Shown here: piece after piece, positions 1 to 9,920 of the stretch | How the letters are laid out: every line of letters begins with the position of its first letter | How positions within the stretch are numbered: position 1 is the first letter of the stretch | Assembly: GCA_963737635.1 (NCBI GenBank) | Contig: CAVTTL010000001.1 | Location: forward strand, 672,001-736,000 | Length of the DNA stretch: 64,000 nt | From: an uncultured Methanoregulaceae archaeon | GTDB lineage: Archaea > Halobacteriota > Methanomicrobia > Methanomicrobiales > Methanospirillaceae | Reading direction: 5' to 3' | The notes under the pieces: generated by a model | Told to the model about the DNA's origin: nothing | Database searches by the model: none | What the model saw: the letters and a program-made list of their open reading frames with translations, nothing else | Position numbers and translations under genes: made by a program

Positions 1-309
1 CAGGGCAAGCGTGAGGGCACTTGCCGCGTACGAGGCTGTCACCGAATCGATCTTTTCCACCCGGCCTGAAAACGGAAGATCGGTGAAGTACAGGCTGATC
101 TCATCCGAGAACGTATACGCAAAAACCGGCGCAAGACCGCTGTCGGCAACAAGCATTCTGGAGACCTCAACCATCGCCGTGCAGAACCGGTCGTCAAAAG
201 GCTTTGCAAACCCAAACCTGCGGGTCAGGGCGTGGAATGCCCGTCCGTCAATCCGGACAAAAACCGGGGAGATTGTGGCAAGGTTTGCGAAGATCTCATA
301 GTTGTCCAT
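1..309 (-). CDS. thg1: tRNA(His) guanylyltransferase Thg1-like protein (runs off the window edge)
   Basis: Manual translation from ATG 309: MDNYEIF...VFVRIDGRAFH...KPFDDRF...YTFSDEISL...GRVEKIDS; RxDG and SDE are Thg1/TLP motifs. Confidence 0.85.
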   Translation of the reverse strand, partial: MDNYEIFANLATISPVFVRIDGRAFHALTRRFGFAKPFDDRFCTAMVEVSRMLVADSGLAPVFAYTFSDEISLYFTDLPFSGRVEKIDSVTASYAASALTLAL

Positions 310-399
310 GGAACACCCCGTTTTCACGGGAGAAAAATAAAACGGCGGGGGGCCCGCACCACCCGATGATCGCACCAGATTTAAAAAAAATCTGTCTTA

Positions 400-668
400 T
401 TATTCTTCCTCAGTCGCGCCGGACCCGGCAAAAGCACCCGGCAGGTGGCGGATGAGAACGATATCGTCAATGGCGCTGATGATCCGGTAGGGTATCTTGA
501 GCCCTTTGTAGTTCTTGAGCTCGAAAGCTGGTCATTTACCTTGCCCACAACAAGCGCCTCGATCTTCTTTGAATCGACATCGATGACAACATCGTCGACT
601 TCTCCGATGAACATGCCCTTGTCTGTGTAAATCGCAAGCCCGAATAGATCCGTAATCTGGGTTTCCAT
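400..668 (-). CDS. PRC-barrel domain protein (1-bp frameshift near 526)
   Basis: METQITDLFGLAIYTDKGMFIGEVDDVVID...; continues in a shifted frame as ELKNYKGLKIPYRIISAIDDIVLIRH to a stop at 400. Confidence 0.75.
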
Positions 669-722
669 CGTTATCAGATGAAAGTATATACCATATGGGT
701 TAAAAAGATAATCCTTACTTTT

Positions 723-1895
723 ATGGATGGATCCATTCGGATTGGACGTCTTCTCGGTATCCCGATCCTGCTTCACTGGACATTCCTGATCATCGTCCCC
801 TTCTTTGCCTGGGTCATCGGTATCCAGATCTCGGAGACCGCAGTTACCTTCGGGAGCCTGTTTGGGTGGCCGGTGGATGGGCTGGTTACGTGGCTGGGAC
901 TGGCTCAAATCCAGATTGATACCTCCCTGCTGACGGCAGGTTATGTCCCGTGGATTCTCGGCACTATCGTCGCCCTCGGCCTCTTCTTCGGGGTGCTCGT
1001 CCACGAGCTTGCACATTCCCTGGTTGCCAAGTCAAAGGGAATAAAGATCCAGAGCATCACGCTTTTGATGTTCGGCGGCGTCTCACAGATGGAGGAGGGG
1101 ATGCCGGAACCACGGACAGAGCTTCCCATGGCGCTTGCCGGGCCGATAACAAGTCTTCTCTTTGGTCTTCTCTGCTGTGGACTTGTTTACCTCACACCGG
1201 CCATCACACCGGACCCTTCCCTGCAGGGCGTCCTTATCTTTCTCTTCGGGTATATCGGTGTACTCAACATTATCCTCTTTGCGTTCAACCTGATTCCTGC
1301 CTTTCCCATGGACGGGGGACGCGTGCTCCGGGCGGTGCTTGCAGCCCGGATGCCCCTCGATCGTGCAACACGAATCGCAGCAAACATCGGTAAAGGCTTC
1401 GCTATTATTTTCGGTATTGTTGGCCTGTTCTATTCGCCGTTATTGATCCTGATCGCTCTCTTTGTTTTCATCGGGGCGGGATTAGAGTCGACCGCAGTCC
1501 AGTACAACGTCCTGCTGCGGGATGTGACCGTGGGCGATATGATGAGCTCCCCGGTAATCACCGTACCCACAACCATGCCCGTGGTAAAAGTGATCGAAAT
1601 GATGTACGCAAGCAAGCACCTTGGGTTTCCTGTCGTTGAACGCGATACCCTTGTGGGTATGGTGACGCTCGTAGATGTGAATCGTACCTCGCCGATAGAC
1701 CGCGAAGCAATGCAGGTAAAGGATGTTATGAGCCGGAATATTGTCACCCTTCCGCCTACGGCATCGGTCATAGATGCTCTCCGGATCATGTCAATCCACA
1801 ACATCGGCCGGATACCCATCGTGCACGAAGACCGGATCGTCGGGATCGTCACCCGCACCGATATCCTGAAAGTCACTGAGTTGAAAAAGATCTAA
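723..1895 (+). CDS. Site-2 protease (peptidase M50) with C-terminal CBS pair
   Basis: HELAH zinc motif, NLIPAFPMDGGR motif, TM helices, two CBS repeats. Confidence 0.92.
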   Translation: MDGSIRIGRLLGIPILLHWTFLIIVPFFAWVIGIQISETAVTFGSLFGWPVDGLVTWLGLAQIQIDTSLLTAGYVPWILGTIVALGLFFGVLVHELAHSLVAKSKGIKIQSITLLMFGGVSQMEEGMPEPRTELPMALAGPITSLLFGLLCCGLVYLTPAITPDPSLQGVLIFLFGYIGVLNIILFAFNLIPAFPMDGGRVLRAVLAARMPLDRATRIAANIGKGFAIIFGIVGLFYSPLLILIALFVFIGAGLESTAVQYNVLLRDVTVGDMMSSPVITVPTTMPVVKVIEMMYASKHLGFPVVERDTLVGMVTLVDVNRTSPIDREAMQVKDVMSRNIVTLPPTASVIDALRIMSIHNIGRIPIVHEDRIVGIVTRTDILKVTELKKI

Positions 1896-1905
1896 CTACC
1901 GGCTT

Positions 1906-3568
1906 TTACCATTCGAGGAGAAGATCAAGCGGCGAACTTCCCGCGATTTTTTTGAATGCTGCCACATCCGCAAACGGGCGCTTTGCCATGACAGCCGCCA
2001 CCCGTTTCTTCCCGACTCCGGGCATCCACCGGAGGGCAGACGCTGACAGGGTATTGACATTGAGCGGGAGCGAGAGGGCTGTTACGGAACGCATGCCCCA
2101 GTCAACGACAACGGCATCGACGACCGTCCGGACCGGGATCTGCACCGGGATGCCAACGAGAATCGGGTACGAGCCGGGTTGCCGGCCGAACGAGAGGTCC
2201 CCGGATATCTCAATCCGCACGTCACGGAGTACCGTCCCGATCGGGAATACACGCTGGAGCATCGGCAGATCGATCTTCTGGCGGACAAACTCCTTGAACG
2301 CCTTGAAACGCCGGTCGTTTTTTCCGAGGGTGTTGTTGGTATATACCGGTGTTCCTTCAAACGGCATCACCTGCCGGATGTTGATGCGCCGGATCATCAG
2401 CCCGGCGTCAAGCACACGGGTCAGGAAATGCTCATTTTTCTCATAGGTCGCCTGCGTTTCCCCGGCAAGTCCACAGACAAAGTTAAGGCCGGGCAGCAGT
2501 TCCGGAATCCCCTCCCGGCGCTTCCCGCCGATCTCGTTAACAATCTCGATGGCCCGGAAGACCTCGTCCGGCTGCGCCTTGAGGTTGTTTGCCGTGATTA
2601 CCGCCGGGTCGGCAGTTTCCATACCGAAAGCGGCGACATCCCCCGGTGTGTGATACCGGATAATTGCGGCGAGCGCCTCCCGGCTTTTTTCTTCGTGCCG
2701 GGCAATGGTTGCCGGATTCGTGTTGTCGATATGGAGCGTTTTGAGCGCTGGTGCCGAGACGCGAATCGCGGAAAAGAGGTCTTCAAGGAGATCCGGGCGT
2801 GGTGTCGGGTATTCACCTTCTCCTGCACCGTATGTCAGAATATCCGGCTGCCGGCCGACCCGGAAGTGCAGCGCTCCGTTCGCGGCGAGAGCGGCAACCT
2901 CGGCGGCGATGCCAGTTACCGATCGGTATCTCGGCCTGCCGTAGAATGATTCGGTGCAGAACGAGCACCCGCCGGTCACCCCGTGGGAGCAGCCCCGGGC
3001 AGTCTCGAGCTCGCACATCACATACGGAAAGTCAGGGTGCTGCGTAATGATACCGGCTCCTGCAACACTCCACGGATCGGTCAGTGAGTAATCGAAGATC
3101 CCGGCGGGCTCATCCCCGTTGAGAAACCGATCGAGTGCAACGGCCGGATCGCCGGTGAGCAGACTATCAAACCCGGTGATCTGTTCCCGGATTGCCTTTT
3201 TTCCTCCTTCACCCGCATACCCGAACCCTATGGGACCGCCGATCAGTTTTTGCGGGCCGCGAATCATATGTCCCACCTGGTGGAGCTCGGTAAGCGTCGC
3301 TGGCGTGCCGCCAAGGTACTTTCCCGGCACCGTTACCCCTGCTATCACGACAACAAGGCCGGCCCGGTCCATAACGGGAAGCAGATCCGGATCGTTCCTG
3401 AGCTGGTCGATGGTGATGTACCTGATGGCAAAACCATGGCTCATGAGGGCCCCGGCGACCGTCCGGATATAGGGTGAAATATACGGCGGGACACCAAGGC
3501 ATGCGGGTTCATCGACATACCCGTCGAGGATGACGGCAGTTTTGCCCTGGTCTGCGTCAGTCTGTCAT
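1906..3568 (-). CDS. Radical SAM protein with C-terminal TRAM-like and HhH regions
   Basis: RGCx7CSFC motif; N-terminal [23 protein letters not shown] is in frame upstream of ORF 1906..3444; one extra base near 3563 separates it from ATG 3568. Confidence 0.8.
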
Positions 3569-4184
3569 GGCCGATCAGGGCAAGAAGTCTCTTTGCCCAC
3601 ATAAGTTTTCCCCGTTTGACCGGGTCAACATTCAAGTCATCAAGATCAAAGCCGACCAAGGTGATCGTTCCTGCGCCAAGAGCGTCTGCAGCGAAGACCG
3701 CCCGGTCACCATCAGAAAAGCCGCCGAAATTATGGACGTGGGCTAACGGCCTGCTTTGCGTTGTGGCAACAACAGGTCCGGGGAGCCGTTTTACCCAGTG
3801 CCGGAGGAGCGGCATATTGTCGCCATGTGCATGCACTACGACGATAGTACCGGCCCGGTTCATTTCGATCAGCAGATCGGTCGCTCCGTCAAGGTCGGTA
3901 AATATTGCATCGGGCCGGATGCCGTGCGTAAAAAGAACATCGGCAGCCGCGTCCGCAGCGAATATCACGCTACCTTTTGGGATACGATCAAGATCCCGTT
4001 CTAAGGACGGCCCATTCCCGCAGATGGTAACAGAGTGACCCTTCACCAGTTTCGAAAGTGCAGGAAGGTCATCGCGATCGACCAAGGTGGCAAGGAGTGC
4101 CGCGGCTTTCTCATCGTCCTCACGGGAAAATCCGAAGTACGCAAGGATCTCGCAATAATGAGGCTCCCATGTGGCAAAATCCAT
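3558..4184 (-). CDS. mptE: 6-hydroxymethyl-7,8-dihydropterin pyrophosphokinase (DUF115)
   Basis: TDLDG, VHAHGDN, NFGGFSDGDRA, LVGFD motifs; the natural stop near 3558 is obscured by the same extra base. Confidence 0.75.
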
Positions 4185-4227
4185 AGTTTACCGGGATCCT
4201 TCCCGGAAATACGGGGCACCAGAAGAG

Positions 4228-5698
4228 TTATTCTTCATTTTTCCTGTCCTCGTTTTCGAGACCGACGAGGTTTTTGAACTTCTGGAGAATAGGTTCGATG
4301 GTGATCTCAAGGAGCGCTACTTTGTCCGAGACATTCCCGAAATAATGGAGTGGCAGGTTTGCTGCTGCCATATTCGGGTGTCCCCCCGCGTCTCCCATGT
4401 CCCCGAACGCCTCGGCAAGAGCGTTCCCTACGTGGAGCCGGATGTCGCGGTTCCGGGCCGAGATGACGATCGAGGTATCGGTGATACCGTATACGAGAGC
4501 TCGTGTTCACCCCTTCGAGCGTAATGAGCAGATCGGCTGCCTGGGGAAGGGCATCGCGGTTCATGACGTAGCCGACATTCGAAAAAAGATACCCGCTCTG
4601 GATCTTCCGGTTCTGGATCGCTTTTCCCATCACGTCGATGGTCTCCTGCGACATGGACGGCGACATGATCTTGTCGAGAAGATCCGAGTCTGTAAGGGGA
4701 AGGAGAAAACCGGCGTTCCCGAGGTCCTGGGGGGTGACGTTCCGCTTGAATTCCTTGGTATCCGTCCTGATGCCGTACAGGAGCGCGGTAGCCACCCTTT
4801 TGTCGACCGGGATATCGAGCTCCTGGAGGTACTGGGTCATGATGCTTGCCGTCGCACCGATACCCGGCCTGATATCCGTGAATGTACCCTGGCCGGCTGC
4901 GTGGCTCCCGTCTTTGTGATGGTCGATGATAATCTGGATTTTCGTCTGGGGGGGAACGTCATTATTCGCTCCCGGGCCCGAACAGTCCACCATAGCAAGG
5001 TACGAACATTTCTGGAGTGCTTCCGGCGTCAGGTGCTCCATCTTGATATCGAGGAGGTTAACGAACGTCCGGTTCTCCTGGTGCCCGATGTTGCCTTCGT
5101 AGAATATCCGGGTCGTAAGGGTCTTTGAGTTCGCGTGGCGTGCGATCTCGGCAAGAGCCATAGCGCTTGCAATGGCATCCGGGTCCGGGTTTTTATGAGT
5201 GATGATCCCGAGGATGCCGTCCCAGCCGGCGAGGAGCGAGAAGAGTCTTTGTGAGATCCGGCTCGCGTGCTGTTTTTTGATCTGGAAGACCGCGGTCTTT
5301 GCAACCACTTCCTGTGGGTAGAGGACGAGATCTGCCCCGGCGGCCGTGAGCTTGCCACCGGTTACCGGGTCAATCGCCCGGGCGATTACCTGAACAGACG
5401 GGTACCGTTTTTTGATGGTGGTGACTGCGGCGAGGTTCGTGTCTGCGTCGCCGGTCATCACAAACGCGATCTCGAATGCCGGGAGCCCGATAAGCATATC
5501 CGGTGATAAAATGTCCCGCGTGTACGCGTCGTACTTCTGGTCGCGGAGGTGACGGACCCTCGTCTCGTCGCGGTCAATGACAATCACGCGTTCGTTTTCC
5601 TTTGCGAGTTCGAGGATGATATTGTACCCGTTGGTCCCGCACCCGAAGATGCAGTACTTTATCGGGGCTGCTGACTCAAGACCGGCAGTGTCAGGCAT
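4228..5698 (-). CDS. TrkA-N (RCK) + DHH/DHHA1 phosphoesterase (frameshift near 4500)
   Basis: IFGCGTNG Rossmann motif, HKNPDPDA, IIDHH; C-terminus ISARNRD...DAGGHPNMAAA lies in a shifted frame. Confidence 0.85.
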
Positions 5699-5806
5699 GT
5701 AAGAAAAAGATGGGCATGCCCACGTATAAAGGGATTCTCCAGGCATCTGGGATTAGGAGTTCCAAAACATTTATTCGGCCGTAACGGCCACATTATTAGG
5801 CTACGT

Positions 5807-5881
5807 GGGTCTGTCAGCTCAGTTCGGCATAGCGGCGGACTCTTAATCCGCAGGTCAAGGGTTCAAATCCCTTCAGGCCCG
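5807..5881 (+). tRNA. tRNA-Lys (CTT)
   Basis: GGGTCTG/CAGGCCC acceptor stem, GCGGA-CTCTTAA-TCCGC anticodon arm, GGTTCAAATCC T-loop; one extra base after position 8 and one D-stem mismatch. Confidence 0.85.
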
Positions 5882-5957
5882 CTTCTTTTGTATTTTGATG
5901 TGCAATATCTTGTAATCGCAGCTGGTGCGTTGCCGTGACTTAAGGTGAATGACTTCA

Positions 5958-6282
5958 TCACAATACTAAGTTAGTATTTAAGGTCACCGATATCGCACTC
6001 GTACCTTTTGTCAGAAACGTGCCGAGCTTATCCAGCTGTTGATTAAAGCCCCCTTGCATTCCTTGTACCGCCATACCGGCTTTTGGTCCGGTTGCGTTTA
6101 TCGTGACTTTCAGTTTCAGTTTGGTCTTGCCATTCTCAGGGATCGGGGTAAGTTCGGTCACCTGATCGATTTCTGTGGCTTCTTTTTGTCCCTCAGTCCA
6201 GGCTTTGGCCGCGTATGACAGCTTCGAATTCGTCTCCACCACCGTAAACGTGCCTTCCATCGGCCATCTCGTTCCTTTGTAG
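5958..6282 (-). pseudogene. 5'-truncated SRPBCC/AHSA1-family gene
   Basis: KGTRWPMEGTFTVVE...GKTKLKL...GMQGGFNQQLDKLGTFL is the C-terminal half of an SRPBCC domain; the 5' half is replaced by the array trailer. Confidence 0.6.
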
Positions 6283-9200
6283 TTTAGTCCGATTCAAACG
6301 TAAGCTGGTGAACGTACCCAATCGAGTATGCACCGTATTTCAATCCTAATTTAGTCCGATTCAAACCACCGGTCCACTTCCTCAACCATATGGTAACGGT
6401 TCTTTGATTTCAATCCTAATTTAGTCCGATTCAAACGATAACAAGATCACCGTCCAGCGTATGCGGATTATTCATTTCAATCCTAATTTAGTCCGATTCA
6501 AACGGGCAAAATCCCACATTGCCGATATTTATCCGGGGATTTCAATCCTAATTTAGTCCGATTCAAACGCCCGAAATCGTCCGAGTAGGACATCTGATTG
6601 TTTATTTCAATCCTAATTTAGTCCGATTCAAACTTTCTCTGAGGCATTGATCTGCAGTGCGGTATTGTTATTTCAATCCTAATTTAGTCCGATTCAAACG
6701 TATCTCGCCGAAGGCGTGCTCGTAGGATGCGATCTCAGATTTCAATCCTAATTTAGTCCGATTCAAACCTTATGACCCGGGTCCTGCCCGGGAGGGCCCT
6801 GTTGATTTCAATCCTAATTTAGTCCGATTCAAACTCCAGGATTCCGCCTCACCTCATGGCGATGATTCCCCATTTCAATCCTAATTTAGTCCGATTCAAA
6901 CCCGTCTACCGGACCGTTTGCTCTGGCACCGGGTTTATTTCAATCCTAATTTAGTCCGATTCAAACACGTACCTCCTCTCGCACACGGCAGTTCCGCCGG
7001 GAAATTTCAATCCTAATTTAGTCCGATTCAAACCGTTGGTCGCTGGGCGTTTCCCCGCTGAACGATGTTATTTCAATCCTAATTTAGTCCGATTCAAACA
7101 CGGCACGGTGAATCAGACCTGCATCGGGCCGTTGTGCATTTCAATCCTAATTTAGTCCGATTCAAACTCAAGGATTCAACGATGCAAACGAAATCCTCCA
7201 CACCATTTCAATCCTAATTTAGTCCGATTCAAACCAGCGATGTGCTTCTTGCGTTGGGGGGTATCATCCTATTTCAATCCTAATTTAGTCCGATTCAAAC
7301 TTGAAAAGACAGATTATAAAAAGGACGGTTAACGAAATTTCAATCCTAATTTAGTCCGATTCAAACTGCTTGAGGCTCGCGGGTTTACCTGTGTTCCTCA
7401 AAATTTCAATCCTAATTTAGTCCGATTCAAACGACCATCACTCACCTCCCACGGCTTTCAGGTACGGCATTTCAATCCTAATTTAGTCCGATTCAAACCG
7501 ACGGTCTGGCTTTCTTCAGGATCCGTGATACCGATTTCAATCCTAATTTAGTCCGATTCAAACTGCCCGAAGGTGCCGGGGAAGTCAGCGAAGATACCAT
7601 TTCAATCCTAATTTAGTCCGATTCAAACATCATGGCGCCACGATCGATGAGATCGTCCAGAAGAATTTCAATCCTAATTTAGTCCGATTCAAACCTCAGC
7701 CAGGCGCAGTCCGCATACTCGTACGCGACATTTCAATCCTAATTTAGTCCGATTCAAACCACGAGCGTTTTCACGTCACTGGTGATGCCCGTCGTATTTC
7801 AATCCTAATTTAGTCCGATTCAAACATTCCCCGGGCTCGGCACGACGACGGTGATATTCTCATTTCAATCCTAATTTAGTCCGATTCAAACGTTATCGTG
7901 GTTTTCTCGGTCGCGGTGAACTGTTTGATTTCAATCCTAATTTAGTCCGATTCAAACCCCCGGCGATGGCATCGTGCGACATCAGGAAATATAATTTCAA
8001 TCCTAATTTAGTCCGATTCAAACCGTTGTCCTTGATCTTCTGGCAGTGGACCATGGCTCATTTCAATCCTAATTTAGTCCGATTCAAACCCTCAGTCATC
8101 TGAAGAGAGGACTTCATGGCTTCCCATTTCAATCCTAATTTAGTCCGATTCAAACCGTGGTGAGTCGGCAGCGTCTCCGACCGGGGGCTCGTATTTCAAT
8201 CCTAATTTAGTCCGATTCAAACTTGATTCAGGTCGATCGGAGTGGTGCAGGATATTGTTATTTCAATCCTAATTTAGTCCGATTCAAACGCCGGGTATAT
8301 GCCGAACAATTCACTAGCTACGGAATTTCAATCCTAATTTAGTCCGATTCAAACACCTCGTCGGGATCTGCCCGAAAACCCAGATATTTTATTTCAATCC
8401 TAATTTAGTCCGATTCAAACCCATCGTTCAGACCCCCATGAGGACTGGACGCATCTCATTTCAATCCTAATTTAGTCCGATTCAAACGATGCCGACCTCA
8501 CGGGTGCCAACCTCAAGCGTGCCGACCTCAATTTCAATCCTAATTTAGTCCGATTCAAACGTGGTGGTATTGCACAGCAGGATCCGACGTTACTAAACCC
8601 ATTTCAATCCTAATTTAGTCCGATTCAAACAGAGCAAGGGCAGCACATTCGCTTCCGCCAACATCTATTTCAATCCTAATTTAGTCCGATTCAAACCCGG
8701 ATCGGTTTGCCTGCGAAGGCCTCTGCGAAGGCATTTCAATCCTAATTTAGTCCGATTCAAACACCATGGGATGTCATACACAAGACGTTCTGTTTCACAG
8801 ATTTCAATCCTAATTTAGTCCGATTCAAACTTTATATGGTCGCACCGAAAAAAGAATCTGTGGCACATTTCAATCCTAATTTAGTCCGATTCAAACTTTA
8901 TATGGTCGCACCGAAAAAAGAATCTGTGGCACATTTCAATCCTAATTTAGTCCGATTCAAACACCCGTCACGGCTCAGGCTGTGGCATCTGATGCGACAT
9001 TTCAATCCTAATTTAGTCCGATTCAAACTGGCGAAACCCCAATTCACATCTTCGAGCTTCTTGATCATTTCAATCCTAATTTAGTCCGATTCAAACAGTA
9101 GGTGCCGCTGCGCAACAGGCCGAACAAGCCATATTTCAATCCTAATTTAGTCCGATTCAAACAATGTCTCGGTAATAGCAAAAGGTGCCCCAGTTGATAT

Positions 9201-9463
9201 TTCAATCCTAATTTAGTCCGATTCAAACCGGAGAGCAATGCATGGCACTCTGATTCGAATTTCAATCCTAATTTAGTCCGATTCAAACCGTGCTGTAAAC
9301 GATTCTGCAGTCCGGATTTCAATCCTAATTTAGTCCGATTCAAACTACTGAGATCTTGTCGTGGCAAGTATTTCAATCCTAATTTAGTCCGATTCAAACC
9401 ATACTCTCGCATCCGACCGGATATGCCATAGTTATTTCAATCCTAATTTAGTCCGATTCAAAC
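6270..9463 (-). CRISPR. CRISPR array: 48 perfect 30-bp repeats GTTTGAATCGGACTAAATTAGGATTGAAAT (6337-9463) plus a degenerate trailer repeat (~6270-6299); 48 spacers, mostly 34-40 bp
   Basis: Repeats counted by hand. Minus orientation inferred from the ATTGAAAT 3' handle, the leader next to cas2 and the degenerate repeat at the far end. Confidence 0.98.
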
Positions 9464-9649
9464 ACGCCCCAAAATTGGGCCTTTTTCCCAGCAAAGTATG
9501 GAACTCTGCAGGTAGCGGGCTGAGAGGATGCTGTCGACGACAGACTTTTTCCCAGCAAAGTATGGAACTCTGGTGGTTCGATCATAGATAATCTGGGATC
9601 GGTAATAACGTTTTCACTATAAGAAGATCCCCGACAATCGAGGGAGAGA
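9464..9649 (-). promoter_or_regulatory. CRISPR leader with a possible BRE/TATA-like element (GAAAACGTTATTAC, ~9601-9614)
   Basis: Non-coding gap between the cas2 stop and the first repeat. Confidence 0.7.
9481..9572. repeat. 28-bp perfect direct repeat CTTTTTCCCAGCAAAGTATGGAACTCTG (9481-9508, 9545-9572) flanking a 36-bp unique insert
   Basis: Seen directly; unrelated to the main repeat. Confidence 0.95.
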
Positions 9650-9913
9650 CTAGATAATAGAACACTGATCGGCCTTTTCAATTCCCATATTGTCGATCTT
9701 CACCAGATCCTGCGATCTGATCACATAAAAACGAACCGAATCCTCATCCTTTTTGATAATTTTTTTCAACCCGTATTCGATATCGGCAAACTGCCGGTCA
9801 GTCAGCTCTCCTTCAAACACCGAGTTCTGTACCCGGACAAGGTACCGGCGGAGATACTTGCAGACTTTTGCAACGCGCTCCACCGAGACATCGTAGACAA
9901 TAATCACGTACAT
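9650..9913 (-). CDS. cas2: CRISPR-associated Cas2
   Basis: MYVIIVYDV...RVQNSVFEGELT. Confidence 0.95.
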   Translation of the reverse strand: MYVIIVYDVSVERVAKVCKYLRRYLVRVQNSVFEGELTDRQFADIEYGLKKIIKKDEDSVRFYVIRSQDLVKIDNMGIEKADQCSII

Positions 9914-9920
9914 CAGGGAA

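Noticed and set aside
9229-9240. Spacer start CGGAGAGCAATG matches cas1 at 10661-10672 (self-targeting?)
   Set aside because: Only 12 nt; expected by chance given 48 spacers and 64 kb
8836-9681. ORFs 8836..9084, 9065..9412 and 9448..9681 with repeated peptides such as LNRTKLGLK
   Set aside because: Translations of CRISPR repeats and leader; not genes
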